A stretch of DNA of 64,000 nucleotides from Polyangiaceae bacterium (GTDB taxonomy: Bacteria > Myxococcota_A > Polyangia > Polyangiales > Polyangiaceae): positions 2,080,001-2,144,000 of the forward strand of contig CBDCTZ010000016.1 of NCBI GenBank assembly GCA_965222375.1. The letters run 5' to 3'. Position numbers and translations under genes: made by a program. The notes below the pieces were generated by a model. The model did not search any database. It saw only the letters and a program-made list of their open reading frames with translations, and was not told where the DNA came from. Shown piece by piece: positions 28,413 to 38,332 of the stretch. Position 1 is the stretch's first letter; each line of letters starts with the position of its first letter.

Positions 28413-29708
28413 ATGCGGGCGCCACGGGATCCCCTATCGCAAGACGAGCGGCGTGAGCTCGAAGGCGCATCCCGTCCGCGCCGAACGCTGCCCCTCGTGC
28501 CCCCTTCCAGGGGACAGTTTCCCCTCCTCGACGACGTGCGAGACGTGGACCGTGAGTACCGCCCCACCTACGTGGTTTGGGAAATCACGTTGCGCTGCGA
28601 TCTGACTTGCCGTCACTGCGGTTCGCGAGCCGGTGCGGCGCGTCCGGACGAGCTGAGCTTGGATGAGTCTCTCGACCTTGTCAGCCAGCTGGCCGCGCTT
28701 GGCGTCCGGGAGGTCACGCTGATCGGCGGCGAGGCGTATCTGTACGACGGTTGGACTGAGGTGATTCGGAAGATCCGCGCCGAGGGCATGGATTCCACCA
28801 TGGTCACGGGTGGCCGCGGCATCACAGCGGAAGTGGCCAAGGCTGCAGCCAGCGCTGGCCTGCAAAGTCTTGGAGTTTCCATCGACGGTGATCGCTCCAG
28901 TCATGACCGACTGCGCGGCGCGAAGGGTAGCTGGGACTCGGCCGTGGCCGCCCTGCACGCCGCGCGGGAAGCTGGACTCCAGGTGTCCGTCAACACCCAG
29001 ATCAACCGACTCAGTTTGCCTGTGTTCGAACAGGTTGCAGATGTGCTGGTCGACGTCGGAGCCCACGGTTGGCAGCTCCAGCTGACAGTGCCCATGGGCC
29101 GCGCTGTCGACGAGCCGGAAGTGTTGCTTCAACCCTACGACTTGCTCGACGTGATGCCGCGCCTTGCGGCCCTGAAGCGGAAGTTGACGCCCCTCGGCGT
29201 AAAAGTAGTGACCGGAAACAACATTGGCTACTTCGGCCCCTACGATCACTTGCTGCGCCAGAGCTTTCCTTGCGGTCACAGTACGCAATGCGTGGCTGGG
29301 CGCTATGGACTCGGCATCGAAGCCAATGGCGACATCAAGGGTTGCCCTTCCTTGCCTACGGACGGCTGGGTCGGTGGCAACATTCGCACCGAAAAACTCG
29401 TCGATATCTGGGAGCGCTCGGAGCCGCTACGCTTTCAGCGGGTGCGCAGCGAAGAGCAGCTATGGGGGCTGTGTCGAGACTGCTACTACGCCGACGAGTG
29501 TCACGGCGGCTGCACCTGGATGGCGACGTCCCTGTTCGGCAAGCCAGGCAACAACCCGTTTTGCCACCATCGCGCGCTAGAGCTCGAGAAGGCGGGAAAA
29601 CGAGAGCGAGTCGAGAGAATCGAGGCTGCGCCCGGGACCCCGTTCGATCACGGGCGATTTCGTGCCATCATAGAGTCGCTGCCGGCGGAAGCAGCAAAGG
29701 GAGAATGA
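28413..29708 (+). CDS. Radical SAM/SPASM peptide/protein maturase (splicease-like clade)
   Basis: VVWEITLRCDLTCRHCGSRAG, LIGGE, WQLQLTVPMGRA, GNNIGYFGP. SPASM: CVAG..GIEANGDIKGCPSLP, CRDCYYADECHGGC, NNPFCHHR. Confidence 0.92.
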   Translation: MRAPRDPLSQDERRELEGASRPRRTLPLVPPSRGQFPLLDDVRDVDREYRPTYVVWEITLRCDLTCRHCGSRAGAARPDELSLDESLDLVSQLAALGVREVTLIGGEAYLYDGWTEVIRKIRAEGMDSTMVTGGRGITAEVAKAAASAGLQSLGVSIDGDRSSHDRLRGAKGSWDSAVAALHAAREAGLQVSVNTQINRLSLPVFEQVADVLVDVGAHGWQLQLTVPMGRAVDEPEVLLQPYDLLDVMPRLAALKRKLTPLGVKVVTGNNIGYFGPYDHLLRQSFPCGHSTQCVAGRYGLGIEANGDIKGCPSLPTDGWVGGNIRTEKLVDIWERSEPLRFQRVRSEEQLWGLCRDCYYADECHGGCTWMATSLFGKPGNNPFCHHRALELEKAGKRERVERIEAAPGTPFDHGRFRAIIESLPAEAAKGE

Positions 29709-30277
29709 GTATGAGTCGCTTCGTTGTATGTCCCAGCTGCGAGCGCCATGTGCGGCGCAGTGAAGAGAGCTGCCCCTTCTGCAACGAGGTGGTGCCCAGC
29801 GCCGTGCGGCAGCATGCGCTCCCAGCTCCGCCCGCGGGCTTGTCACGCGCGCGAGCCTACGCCTTCCGCGCGGCGCTGTTGGCTAGCAGCGCTGCCGTTG
29901 CTTGTTCCTCCAGTGGCGAGAGCCCCCCTGGAGACGGCGGGACATCCGGAAGCTCTGGCACCGGCGCCACGTCGGGTACCGGCGGAACCGCCACGGGTGG
30001 CGCCAGCGGCAGTGCCGGCAGCGGTGGCACCGCGACGGGCGGAGCCGCTGGAAGCGGCGGCATGGCAGGTAGTGGTGGGACCGCGACCGGCGGTGCTGCC
30101 GGTACGAGTGGCGCCAGCGGTTCGAGTGGTTCGAGTGGCGCAAGCGGTGCTAGCGGAGCCGGTGGCAGCGGCGGCGCTGCGGGAAGCGGTGGCACGAGCG
30201 GCAGTGGTGGTACGGGAGGCTTCCCGCTGCCCTACGGCTGCGTCTGGCCCGGCGAATGCGGGCCGATTCACGCCTGA
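29705..30277 (+). CDS. Probable radical SAM substrate: Zn-ribbon leader, lipobox, Gly-rich linker, C-terminal YG motif
   Basis: ATGA overlap with the rSAM stop. CPSCERHV...CPFC, AALLASSAAVAC, long Gly/Ser/Thr/Ala tract, PLPYGCVWPGEC. Confidence 0.75.
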   Translation: MSMSRFVVCPSCERHVRRSEESCPFCNEVVPSAVRQHALPAPPAGLSRARAYAFRAALLASSAAVACSSSGESPPGDGGTSGSSGTGATSGTGGTATGGASGSAGSGGTATGGAAGSGGMAGSGGTATGGAAGTSGASGSSGSSGASGASGAGGSGGAAGSGGTSGSGGTGGFPLPYGCVWPGECGPIHA

Positions 30278-31479
30278 GTGAAGAAGCTCTGCAGCGCGCC
30301 GAGAACTTTCTCTGCACCTCGCGCGGGGCCCATCGCGTGATCGACGCCGTCGAGCTGTTGGAAGCGCCCTGCGGGAGCTAGCTCCGCGATTTCGCGCGCC
30401 TCTTCGGCGCTGCTGATCCAGTCGTCGCTACCGTGCAGCGCGAGCACCGGACATTCGAGCTTCTGCCAACACGCGGCCAAGTCGACGAGTTGAAGCTGCT
30501 GAAAGAACGACGCCACGCGACCCGCCACCCGCTGTCCGGCGTAGGTTGGAGGCCCGATCCCCTGCAGTTCCGGATACTGCTCGAAGGCTTGGGCAGGAGT
30601 CAGACCATGCACGTAAACCAGCTCTTCGAGCTCCGCTAGCTGCTCCGCGCGCTGGCGTCGCTCCGCCTCCTCGAAGGATTGCCGCTCGAGCTGCCGCACG
30701 GCGGCGCCGTGGGCACATTCCATCCACGGACGAGCCGAACTGCCGAACGCGACCACACGATCCAGCGTTGCGCCCTTCGCGCGCTCCAGAGTTGTCGCGA
30801 GCACTGGGGCCACCATGCCCCCAAGGCTCACGCCAAACAGCACCACGCGCCTGACTTGCTCCTGCGCGAGCAGCGCGCTTAGTCCGCTGTGGAACCCTGC
30901 GATTTCGGCGTCCCAATCCAGATCGACGCAGGCCGGACCCTCGCTGTCACCGATGCCGGAGCGCTCGACGCGATGCACGGCGACGCCCGTCGCCGCTAGC
31001 CCATCGATCAAGGCATGATCCACGGAGCCCAGCGCGAAGGGACGGTCCACGCTGGTCCAACTCGCGCCGGGCAGCAGCATCCAAGCCGTGTCCGTAGCTC
31101 GCTGGGGCCAGACCGTCAGCGTACGTAGCCGCCCGTGCGGCCCCCGACACTCTCCCAGTTCGAGGCGACCGGAAGGGAACTGCTCCGAGGGCATGGGCGA
31201 TAAGGGGACCTCGAGGGAAACTTCGTCGCCATTACGCCTCACCGCGATTCGTGTCCCGGACTGGTCCGCAAGGGAGCGCATCGCGGCGTCGAGTTCCGAT
31301 GGGGCGCGCGCCCGCTGCCCGCCCACGCTGACGAGCTCATCGCCGGCACAGAGGGCCGAGGCGCTTGCGGGCGACTGCCCCGGAACATCCGCGACGACCA
31401 ATCCGCCTGCTTGCGCTCGCAGTACGATTCCGAGGTGAGCGCGCCGAGGCAGCCGTGTTTTTAGCTTCGAAGACTCCAT
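30268..31479 (-). CDS. PDZ-domain alpha/beta hydrolase
   Basis: N-terminal PDZ (LGIV..SPA...GDELVSV), RSGIGDSEG, GVSLGG, LHGSDDW, DH. Confidence 0.85.
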   Translation of the reverse strand: MESSKLKTRLPRRAHLGIVLRAQAGGLVVADVPGQSPASASALCAGDELVSVGGQRARAPSELDAAMRSLADQSGTRIAVRRNGDEVSLEVPLSPMPSEQFPSGRLELGECRGPHGRLRTLTVWPQRATDTAWMLLPGASWTSVDRPFALGSVDHALIDGLAATGVAVHRVERSGIGDSEGPACVDLDWDAEIAGFHSGLSALLAQEQVRRVVLFGVSLGGMVAPVLATTLERAKGATLDRVVAFGSSARPWMECAHGAAVRQLERQSFEEAERRQRAEQLAELEELVYVHGLTPAQAFEQYPELQGIGPPTYAGQRVAGRVASFFQQLQLVDLAACWQKLECPVLALHGSDDWISSAEEAREIAELAPAGRFQQLDGVDHAMGPARGAEKVLGALQSFFTQA

Positions 31480-31630
31480 CAGGGTGGACTTTCGTCACTT
31501 TGATTCATGCCGAACTCCGCCGAGTCGCGGACGCGGCCTGAGTCTCGCGCACTCATCCGGCTTGCGCCATCGAAGAGATGCTGTCCCGGCTCGACCCTCT
31601 TTTCACGTGCTAGTCTGCGTCCGCCCGGCC

Positions 31631-32179
31631 ATGAATTCGCCCAGCGTTTCCGGTCCCCTTGCCTGCGGCTTGCGGGACGTTGCCGCCGAGCTGCTTGGCG
31701 CCCAGGCCGTGCAGAGCGCCCTGTCTCGGGTCAGCGCAGACAACCGGCAGCGCTACGAAACCCTCACGGCTGTCGAGTGGGTACCGATCGAGGTGATGGA
31801 GACGGTGTTCGTGGAACTGGCCCGGGATGCCGGGGTCAGCGTGGGTACCCTCCACGAACAGGTCGCTGTCATTAGCATTGAACGCACCATGCGTACCTTT
31901 TGGCGCATGTTGCTGCGGCTGACCACGGACAGGGCCTTGATCAGCCGCACACCTGTAATCTTCAGCAAGTCCTACAATAGGGGCCGTCTGGAGGCCCACA
32001 TCCCCAGGCCCGGCCATGGTGAGATCGTCCTGTACGATTGGCCCGACGTGCCTCCGTGGCCCGTTCGCGCGACGCGTATTGGCGTGCAGACGGTACTCAG
32101 CATCGCTGGGCGCAAAGATGTGCGCGTCCAGAGCTCCCGCACCAAGACGGGCGCTCACTACGTGGCGAGTTGGCGCTAG
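31631..32179 (+). CDS. Hypothetical myxobacterial protein (DUF2378/V4R-like)
   Basis: LGAQAVQSAL...EWVPIE...P.IFSKSYNRG...YVASW pattern. Confidence 0.6.
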   Translation: MNSPSVSGPLACGLRDVAAELLGAQAVQSALSRVSADNRQRYETLTAVEWVPIEVMETVFVELARDAGVSVGTLHEQVAVISIERTMRTFWRMLLRLTTDRALISRTPVIFSKSYNRGRLEAHIPRPGHGEIVLYDWPDVPPWPVRATRIGVQTVLSIAGRKDVRVQSSRTKTGAHYVASWR

Positions 32180-32183
32180 GCCG

Positions 32184-33140
32184 ATGCATCGGATTTCCTT
32201 GATTCATGCTTACCTGCCGCCGACGCAGTCGTTCCGCGATGAGGCGAGGGCGAAACTCTCGAAATCCGGTCGACAGGTGCGCTTCTTGGAAAGCGAAGAT
32301 GACGTGCGAAGCGCTCTTCCAGAGATGCAGGCGCTGCTGTGTGCGATGCGTATCACCGCAGATTGGTCGAAAGCCGAGCGCCTCGAGCTGCTCCAGGTGC
32401 TTGGGTCCGGAGTCGAGTTCCTGATGGAAGGCGCGCCCTTCCCACAGCAGCTACGGGTCGCCAACGCCCGCGGAATCCACGGCAGTGAGATGCGAGATCA
32501 CGTTTTGGCGATGGTGCTCGCTTTCGCGCGGGAGCACCCCCGGCTGGCCCGCCAGCAGCGCGAGCGCCGTTTCGAGCAGTTCCCAGCCGGAACGGTTGCG
32601 GGAAAAAGGCTGTGCATCGTCGGCTTGGGCGAAGTGGGTCGCAGCGTCGCCGGCGGGGCCGCCTCCCTGGGAATGACCGTGCTTGGGGTTCGCTTCCAGC
32701 CGGTCGAAACGCCTCACGTGACGGAGGTGGTTGGCCCGACCCAACTGAACGCAGTGCTGCCGCAGAGCGACTACGTTGTGGTTTGCGTGCCACTGACGCC
32801 ACAGACACGCGGGCTCCTGGGTCCAGCCGAACTGTCCGCCGTGCCTCCCCACGCCGTGCTCATCGATGTCTCTCGTGGCGGCATCGTGGATCACGAAGCC
32901 CTGCTGCGCCAACTCGAAGCGGGCAAAGTGCGCGGCACAGCCCTCGACGTCTTTCCTGAAGAGCCGCTGCCTGCCGACAGCCCGTGGTGGGCGCGGGACG
33001 ACGTCATCATCTCGCCTCACCACGCCGGCTATCACGAGGAATACCTGGAGCGTGGCCTCGCGGTATTCCTAGAGAACCTCGCGTTGGTCGAAGCCGGCAT
33101 GCCCCCACGCACGTCCGTCGACGTTGAGCGAGGCTACTGA
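32184..33140 (+). CDS. D-2-hydroxyacid dehydrogenase
   Basis: NARGIH, IVGLGEVG, PLTPQT, DVSRG, LDVFPEEPLP, SPH. Confidence 0.93.
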   Translation: MHRISLIHAYLPPTQSFRDEARAKLSKSGRQVRFLESEDDVRSALPEMQALLCAMRITADWSKAERLELLQVLGSGVEFLMEGAPFPQQLRVANARGIHGSEMRDHVLAMVLAFAREHPRLARQQRERRFEQFPAGTVAGKRLCIVGLGEVGRSVAGGAASLGMTVLGVRFQPVETPHVTEVVGPTQLNAVLPQSDYVVVCVPLTPQTRGLLGPAELSAVPPHAVLIDVSRGGIVDHEALLRQLEAGKVRGTALDVFPEEPLPADSPWWARDDVIISPHHAGYHEEYLERGLAVFLENLALVEAGMPPRTSVDVERGY

Positions 33141-33294
33141 GCGCCGTCTGCTCGCGATGCCCCAGCGTGTCTGCGAGGCGGTTGCTCCGGACGCGAACCG
33201 CTAACCGTCCGGATCCGTGGCTACCGTGCCCTGGATTTCCATGCCTACCACACGAGCCGCGGATGGCACACGTATTGCTTGGCTCCGTTCTTCG

Positions 33295-34115
33295 ATGGCA
33301 AGGCACACGATGCTCATGGCCGCTCTACTGGTGTCGTGTGGGGCGCCCGACGACAAAGCGCTCTACGCAGGAGTGGCGGAGCGGATAGCGGCCCGGATGT
33401 CGCCGTGGACAGTGGCCACGCCCCCGAGAGCAGCGTGAGTGTAGATACGGGAGTCGCGCCAGACAGCGCCGCAACGCCCGACGGCGGTGTCGACGATGCA
33501 GGCCAGCAACCTCTCGACGTCGTCGAATTTGCTGCAACGGCGCGCAGCAAGGCTTCCTTCGGCTCCTGCACGAAGGAAGAAATGCCCGTGCTGGGTTTTG
33601 CGCCGGCAACTTCGTCGGCGGAGTACCCGCTATTCGTCTGGGCGGTGGGCTCCCTGGCGAAGCACGACGGCAAAGACGTGCGACTCATTCTGCGCGAGAT
33701 GGCCTCGCGAGGTTTTGTCGCCGTGTCTCCGTCCTACGACAACGGCCTGGTTCTGAGTTGCGCTGCCCAGCTCGAAAAGACGATGTGCATATACAAAAAC
33801 CAGCCCGGATCCCTCGTGGCCAAGATGTGCGCCCGCCCGGACGTCGACTGCAACAAGGGGATTTTGAGTGGCGGCCACAGTCAAGGCGCGATCATCTCGC
33901 TCACGGCGAAGAACTACGAGCCGCGCGTTCAAGCCGTGCTCGGTATGGGAGCCACTTGCGACTACTTGCTCGATCTGAATGACGGCATGTGCAATCCCAA
34001 CGGAGCGCTCTTGAATGCCGATTGCGTCCATCACTCCAAAACGCAGCTGCCCGAGGATCGCCTCCGAATCGTCAACGGTGAGGTCGATGAGTACGGCAGC
34101 CAACCCAAACCCTAG
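33295..34115 (+). pseudogene. Alpha/beta-hydrolase lipoprotein, frameshifted and apparently 3'-truncated
   Basis: The lipoprotein signal MARHTMLMAALLVSC is in a different frame from the body (shift at ~33370). GHSQG is present, but the ORF stops just after NGEVD without a catalytic His region. Confidence 0.6.
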
Positions 34116-34140
34116 CCGCCGAAAAGCCGGCGACACTCAC

Positions 34141-35190
34141 CTAGGGCGCGAGCTTTCCCTCGGCGATCAGGATCTGGCCGTCCAGCTCGGCTTCGCTCTC
34201 GCGGTCTGGCTTCAGGTGTGCCACGCGATCGTAAGTGACGCGATAACTGATGGCCTCGCGCTGCGCGGCTTTCGGCAGGTACACGTCGACCTTTGTGGGC
34301 GTGCGGTATACGCGGTCGTCTAGGGTTTCGCGGCGCTTGCCGCCCGAGCCCTCGTAGTGGCGAGCGAGGTGGCGACCGAAAGAGAAGCCACTCTTCGCCT
34401 CGACGCTAACTGTGACACGTCGAAACAAGTCTCCCGTGGGTACGGCGTGAGTCGTGTTTTTGGGAGAGAGGCGGATCTGAACGTGCCCGGCCGCAACCCG
34501 CTTGGCGGTGACCTTCAAAGCAGAGCGCACGAGGGCCACGTCGTGGCCTCCAGGAAAGCCATGGCCACGATGGCGCTCGGCACCGGAGCCGCTCCAGGGC
34601 ATGTGACATCCGCTACAACCCACGGATTTGCCGGCTGCCGCGCGGTGCTCGCTCATGGTGCGCTGCATCTTCGACTTGTGATTTGGTGCCGGGAAAAAGA
34701 ACTCGTGGCAGCCCGCACAAGATTCGCCATTGCTCATCTTGTCCGTGCGCAGCACCCCGTGGGGCGCCGCACGCTTGCTTCGCCCCGGAGCGGCCAGCAC
34801 TGGCCCCAGAGGCGTGTGACACGTGACACAGGCCACGCCGATGGACGCTGTTGCCGCGAAGGCGCCAGCCGATGCTTCCGGTGCGTGGCAGCGCACGCAG
34901 AAATCCCGGAACTTCTTGGGTTCCCGTTTCAGAGCGGCCTGAAACTCTGGGTTGTCGTAGGCCGAGCGGTGCCGTGAGCCGCGCCATTCCTTGGCGATGT
35001 CCGCATGGCAATGCTCGCAGCCGGCATTGCGTTCCAGGGCGCCTCGAGGGTGGGGCTCTTGGCGCAATTGGGGCGCCGGTCGCGGTAGCGCGACGGTCCC
35101 ATCCATTGCCGCCGCGAAGGGCGAGAGCAACAGTGGTCCGAGCCACAAGAGGCGGCCGTGTCGTGCCATCAGTGGAAGCGTTTCTCCCAT
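34141..35190 (-). CDS. Multiheme cytochrome c (5 CxxCH; c554-like)
   Basis: CEHCH, CVRCH, CVTCH, CAGCH, CSGCH. Also WRGSRH, HGFPG, HAVPTGD and an N-terminal signal. Confidence 0.9.
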   Translation of the reverse strand: MGETLPLMARHGRLLWLGPLLLSPFAAAMDGTVALPRPAPQLRQEPHPRGALERNAGCEHCHADIAKEWRGSRHRSAYDNPEFQAALKREPKKFRDFCVRCHAPEASAGAFAATASIGVACVTCHTPLGPVLAAPGRSKRAAPHGVLRTDKMSNGESCAGCHEFFFPAPNHKSKMQRTMSEHRAAAGKSVGCSGCHMPWSGSGAERHRGHGFPGGHDVALVRSALKVTAKRVAAGHVQIRLSPKNTTHAVPTGDLFRRVTVSVEAKSGFSFGRHLARHYEGSGGKRRETLDDRVYRTPTKVDVYLPKAAQREAISYRVTYDRVAHLKPDRESEAELDGQILIAEGKLAP

Positions 35191-36572
35191 TCGAGGTGTA
35201 GCCGTATGCCCGAACCCAGATGCATGAACACGACGCGCATGGCCTCTGGCGGTGCGGTGTACGGGTCACCGATGTGTCCAACCGCGTCGAGGCAGCCGAG
35301 CTGAGGTTTCATGCCCGGGATGTTCTGCTTCACGAGGTCCATCAACCTGCGAGCGGCCGCTTCGTCCTTGGCTTGCGCTCCGAAGTAGTAGATCTTGCCG
35401 CGCCGGTATTCGACGAAGGTCAACTTGTGTGAAAGCTCGTGATGACCCTTCAGTCCTTGGCCAGTGATCTCGTAGCGGCCTCCGAGATTCGGCGGTGTCG
35501 CCAGGAGCACGAAGGGCGTCTTGCACTTGCTCGAGAATCCCACCGGCGCCGGCATCTCGCTCAAACCGCTCTGACCAGCCGCGCCGTCCGCGCCGCCATT
35601 CGCTCCGTCGGCGCTGGCGAGGACTCGGGGTTTGGAAGGCTTCTCGCGCTTCTCGGGTGGGCGGACCCGCAGCTTCGCAGCTTGGGTAGGTTTGTACACG
35701 CGCAGCCCGCTTTCCCAAGACAGAACGCGCAGTGCCTTGCCCAATGTGAGGTAGGCGAGCTTTGTCGGCGCTTTCTTCTCGCCGAGTTTCACCTTCGTGA
35801 CTTCCAAGTTCTTGTCGAGCAAGTAGGTGTTATTGTCATCGATAACGAACGTGTCGCCACCCTCGAGTCGAACGAGCCGAGGCCCGTTGCCCCAGGGTGC
35901 AGGGCGCGTGGCCCAAGCATCCTTTTCGTAGACGTGCAGCTTCTTGGGTCCTGCGGTCAGCGTGGGCCCCCCTCCGCCGTAAGCCAGCATGTCGACTGGG
36001 TCCTCGCTTACGGGTGCGGTCACCAGCACCGCGTCGTAGCGGCGGGGGGTACTGGGCGGGAACGGATAGTGGGCGAGGTCCGGTTCTGCGGGCGACCAAT
36101 ACTTTTTTCGAAAAACCAAGGCCGGTAGCACCTCGCCCGTTCGCGAGTCCGTATAGGCCGTTGCCCGCACCTTCGGATACTCGCCGAAGTAGCTGACCGC
36201 GATGCCCTCCCCATAGCCTTCGGATTCCATGTTTGGAATCAAGTGCTGCCAAGCATGCCCAGGCCACAGTTTTGGATCTTCTCTGACGCCGTCTTTGTCT
36301 ACGAGCCACGTCTTGTTGGGTGGTCCTTTCTTGAACACGCATGGCTCGGCGCAGACCACGGCAGCCGAACCGACGTCGAAGAGCCGCACCTTCTGCTTGA
36401 TGTGTTTGTCCAAGCTGAAGCGCACCACTTTCGGCGCTTCTTTCTTGGGCGGCTCAGGCGCCGAACGCACGGAGCCACTTGGAATGGGCTCGGGCTTCGC
36501 TTCAACCGGTGGCTCCTTCTTGGAGCAAGACAGGCCGAGCAGTCCGGCCGCGACGATGGTCAGCGTACGCAT
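35169..36572 (-). CDS. Hypothetical lipoprotein
   Basis: Lipobox GLSC. Overlaps the cytochrome gene start. Confidence 0.75.
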   Translation of the reverse strand: MRTLTIVAAGLLGLSCSKKEPPVEAKPEPIPSGSVRSAPEPPKKEAPKVVRFSLDKHIKQKVRLFDVGSAAVVCAEPCVFKKGPPNKTWLVDKDGVREDPKLWPGHAWQHLIPNMESEGYGEGIAVSYFGEYPKVRATAYTDSRTGEVLPALVFRKKYWSPAEPDLAHYPFPPSTPRRYDAVLVTAPVSEDPVDMLAYGGGGPTLTAGPKKLHVYEKDAWATRPAPWGNGPRLVRLEGGDTFVIDDNNTYLLDKNLEVTKVKLGEKKAPTKLAYLTLGKALRVLSWESGLRVYKPTQAAKLRVRPPEKREKPSKPRVLASADGANGGADGAAGQSGLSEMPAPVGFSSKCKTPFVLLATPPNLGGRYEITGQGLKGHHELSHKLTFVEYRRGKIYYFGAQAKDEAAARRLMDLVKQNIPGMKPQLGCLDAVGHIGDPYTAPPEAMRVVFMHLGSGIRLHLEWEKRFH

Positions 36573-36813
36573 GGGTTCCCTCCGCGCTCATCATACACGC
36601 AACAGCCCAACGCCCTCTCTGCGGCCGACATTCCTCGTCGGCTGTTTCGAGGCAACTCGGCGCGGACCGCGCTTCAAGTATGTGGGGTTTTGGGGGTCGC
36701 ATCCCTGGCCCGTGGTGGGGCACTACTCTCGAGCGTCCGCGAGCCGGGGCGCCTGCGCGCTCTACGAGGGATTAGGGCCATCGTCGCCGGAGCAGCGCGA
36801 ATGGGGCGTGCAG

Positions 36814-36907
36814 CGGCTGCACTGCGGCTCAGTGCTGCAGCAGCGTTTCGTGGCGCACCGGCTGCACTGCGGCTCAGTGCTGCAGCAGCGTTTCGTGGCG
36901 CACCGGC
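36814..36907. repeat. 45-bp perfect tandem repeat x2 with internal hairpin
   Basis: CGGCTGCACTGCGGCTCAGTGCTGCAGCAGCGTTTCGTGGCGCAC twice, with GCACTG/CAGTGC inverted inside each unit. Confidence 0.9.
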
Positions 36908-36957
36908 GATGGCGATGGCTTTGGCGCACAGCGGCGAAAGTAGTAGCGTTCGAAGCG

Positions 36958-38007
36958 ATGGACCGGCCGTACCTCAACGAACTGACCATTCGTGGCTACG
37001 GATGCGTGCGGGACGCCACCATCAAACTGACGCCACTGCACGCGCTCATTGGTCCCAACGATAGCGGGAAAAGCACCATTCTACGCGTCGTGCAGACGCT
37101 GGCGGAGTGTGCAACCTCAAGGCTCAGCGGGCCACTGCTGGCTGCGCTTGTTGCGCCAAGCGGTGGCGGTGGGTTGCGGCTAGCTGCATGCGTGGGCAAA
37201 GCGTGCTGGTTGGTTGAAACCGCGGATCGACAGAACTTCCGTGAGAGCATCAGCCCAGGGCCCGACTTTAGTTCGAATTTGCCGACGTCGAGCAACCTGC
37301 TCAGGTTGAATGCAACTCAATTGACTGCCCCTTTCTCTGCTGCCCTTGGCGGGGTACGCCTTTTCCGTCTGGATCCAGACCACCTCCGCGAACCGAGCCC
37401 ACTTGTCGTCGAGGGGCAGCCTATTCAGCTCGACGCGCGCGGCGTCGGGTTGGCAGGTGCGCTTGATGCCGTCGTGTCTCGTGACATCGACGCGTTCTCG
37501 AAGATCCGTCATGATGTTTGTCGGCTATTCCCTTCGGTGAGCAACCTGCGCCTCGTCAACGTTGCCAACAACAAGAAGGCGCTCCGCATTGAGCTCCAGG
37601 ACGGAACCCAGGTGGGCGCCGATTTCATGAGCGAAGGCATGCTCTACTATCTTGCTTTCGCTGCGTCGCCCTACCTTGCTCCCACCCCACTTCTCTTGAT
37701 CGAGGAACCCGAGAATGGGCTGCACCCCGCGCGGATCCGGGACGTGATGCGCGTCTTGCGTGAGGTGTCCAAGAACACGCAAGTATTGCTCGCGACCCAT
37801 AGTCCGCTTGTGGTCAACGAACTCGAGCCGGACGAAGTCACTGTCGTGACGCGGCCGTCGAATGAAGTCGGGACGCAAGTCGTAACCTTGAAGGATACGC
37901 CCAACTTCCATGAGCGGTCTTCCGTGCATTCGCTCGGCGAGTTGTGGGTCAGCTACGCGGATGGCGAGACCGAGGCTCCGCTGCTCCAGGGGCAGCCGCG
38001 GGAATGA
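36958..38007 (+). CDS. ABC-type AAA ATPase (AAA_21/AbiEii-like)
   Basis: GPNDSGKS Walker A, MSEG signature, LLIEEPENGLHP Walker B/D-loop, ATHSP. Confidence 0.9.
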   Translation: MDRPYLNELTIRGYGCVRDATIKLTPLHALIGPNDSGKSTILRVVQTLAECATSRLSGPLLAALVAPSGGGGLRLAACVGKACWLVETADRQNFRESISPGPDFSSNLPTSSNLLRLNATQLTAPFSAALGGVRLFRLDPDHLREPSPLVVEGQPIQLDARGVGLAGALDAVVSRDIDAFSKIRHDVCRLFPSVSNLRLVNVANNKKALRIELQDGTQVGADFMSEGMLYYLAFAASPYLAPTPLLLIEEPENGLHPARIRDVMRVLREVSKNTQVLLATHSPLVVNELEPDEVTVVTRPSNEVGTQVVTLKDTPNFHERSSVHSLGELWVSYADGETEAPLLQGQPRE

Positions 38008-38191
38008 CGAACGCGTCCTGCTGTGCGGCGAGGGCAAGAGCGAACTCGGGAGCCGAGCCGGATATCCTGTCTACCAGTCCGATGAGCAACCTGGTGTCTT
38101 GGAAGAGCTTCTCAAGCACGCGTGCGCCGCTGGCTGGGAGATTGCCGGGGCTCGCTCAGCCGCTGGCTGGTTTCGGCACGCGGGGTTCTGA
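38004..38191 (+). pseudogene. Disrupted TOPRIM/DUF4276-like partner of the ATPase
   Basis: The ATG overlapping the ATPase stop is one base out of frame with RVLLCGEGKSELG...GVLEELL. The frame ends after ~60 codons. Confidence 0.55.
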
Positions 38192-38332
38192 CCCGCGACG
38201 AGTAGCGTTTCGCCACAGTTTGGTGGGTCGAGCGCGGACAGAACTTGATCCTGGAGTGTTGCTGCCGGCCCGCGGCGAGCCGGGAGCGCCGGCAAGATTC
38301 GGGTTGCGCTGACGCGGCTCGGGCGCCCGCAA

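Noticed and set aside
29069..29704. N-terminal 212 codons of the 402-aa ORF 29069-30277
   Set aside because: This is an alternate frame inside the radical SAM gene. The real gene starts at the ATG at 29705 or 29711.
36229..36957. Long N-terminal extension of the AAA ATPase ORF
   Set aside because: It is antisense to the lipoprotein gene and runs through the tandem repeat. The domain starts at ATG 36958.
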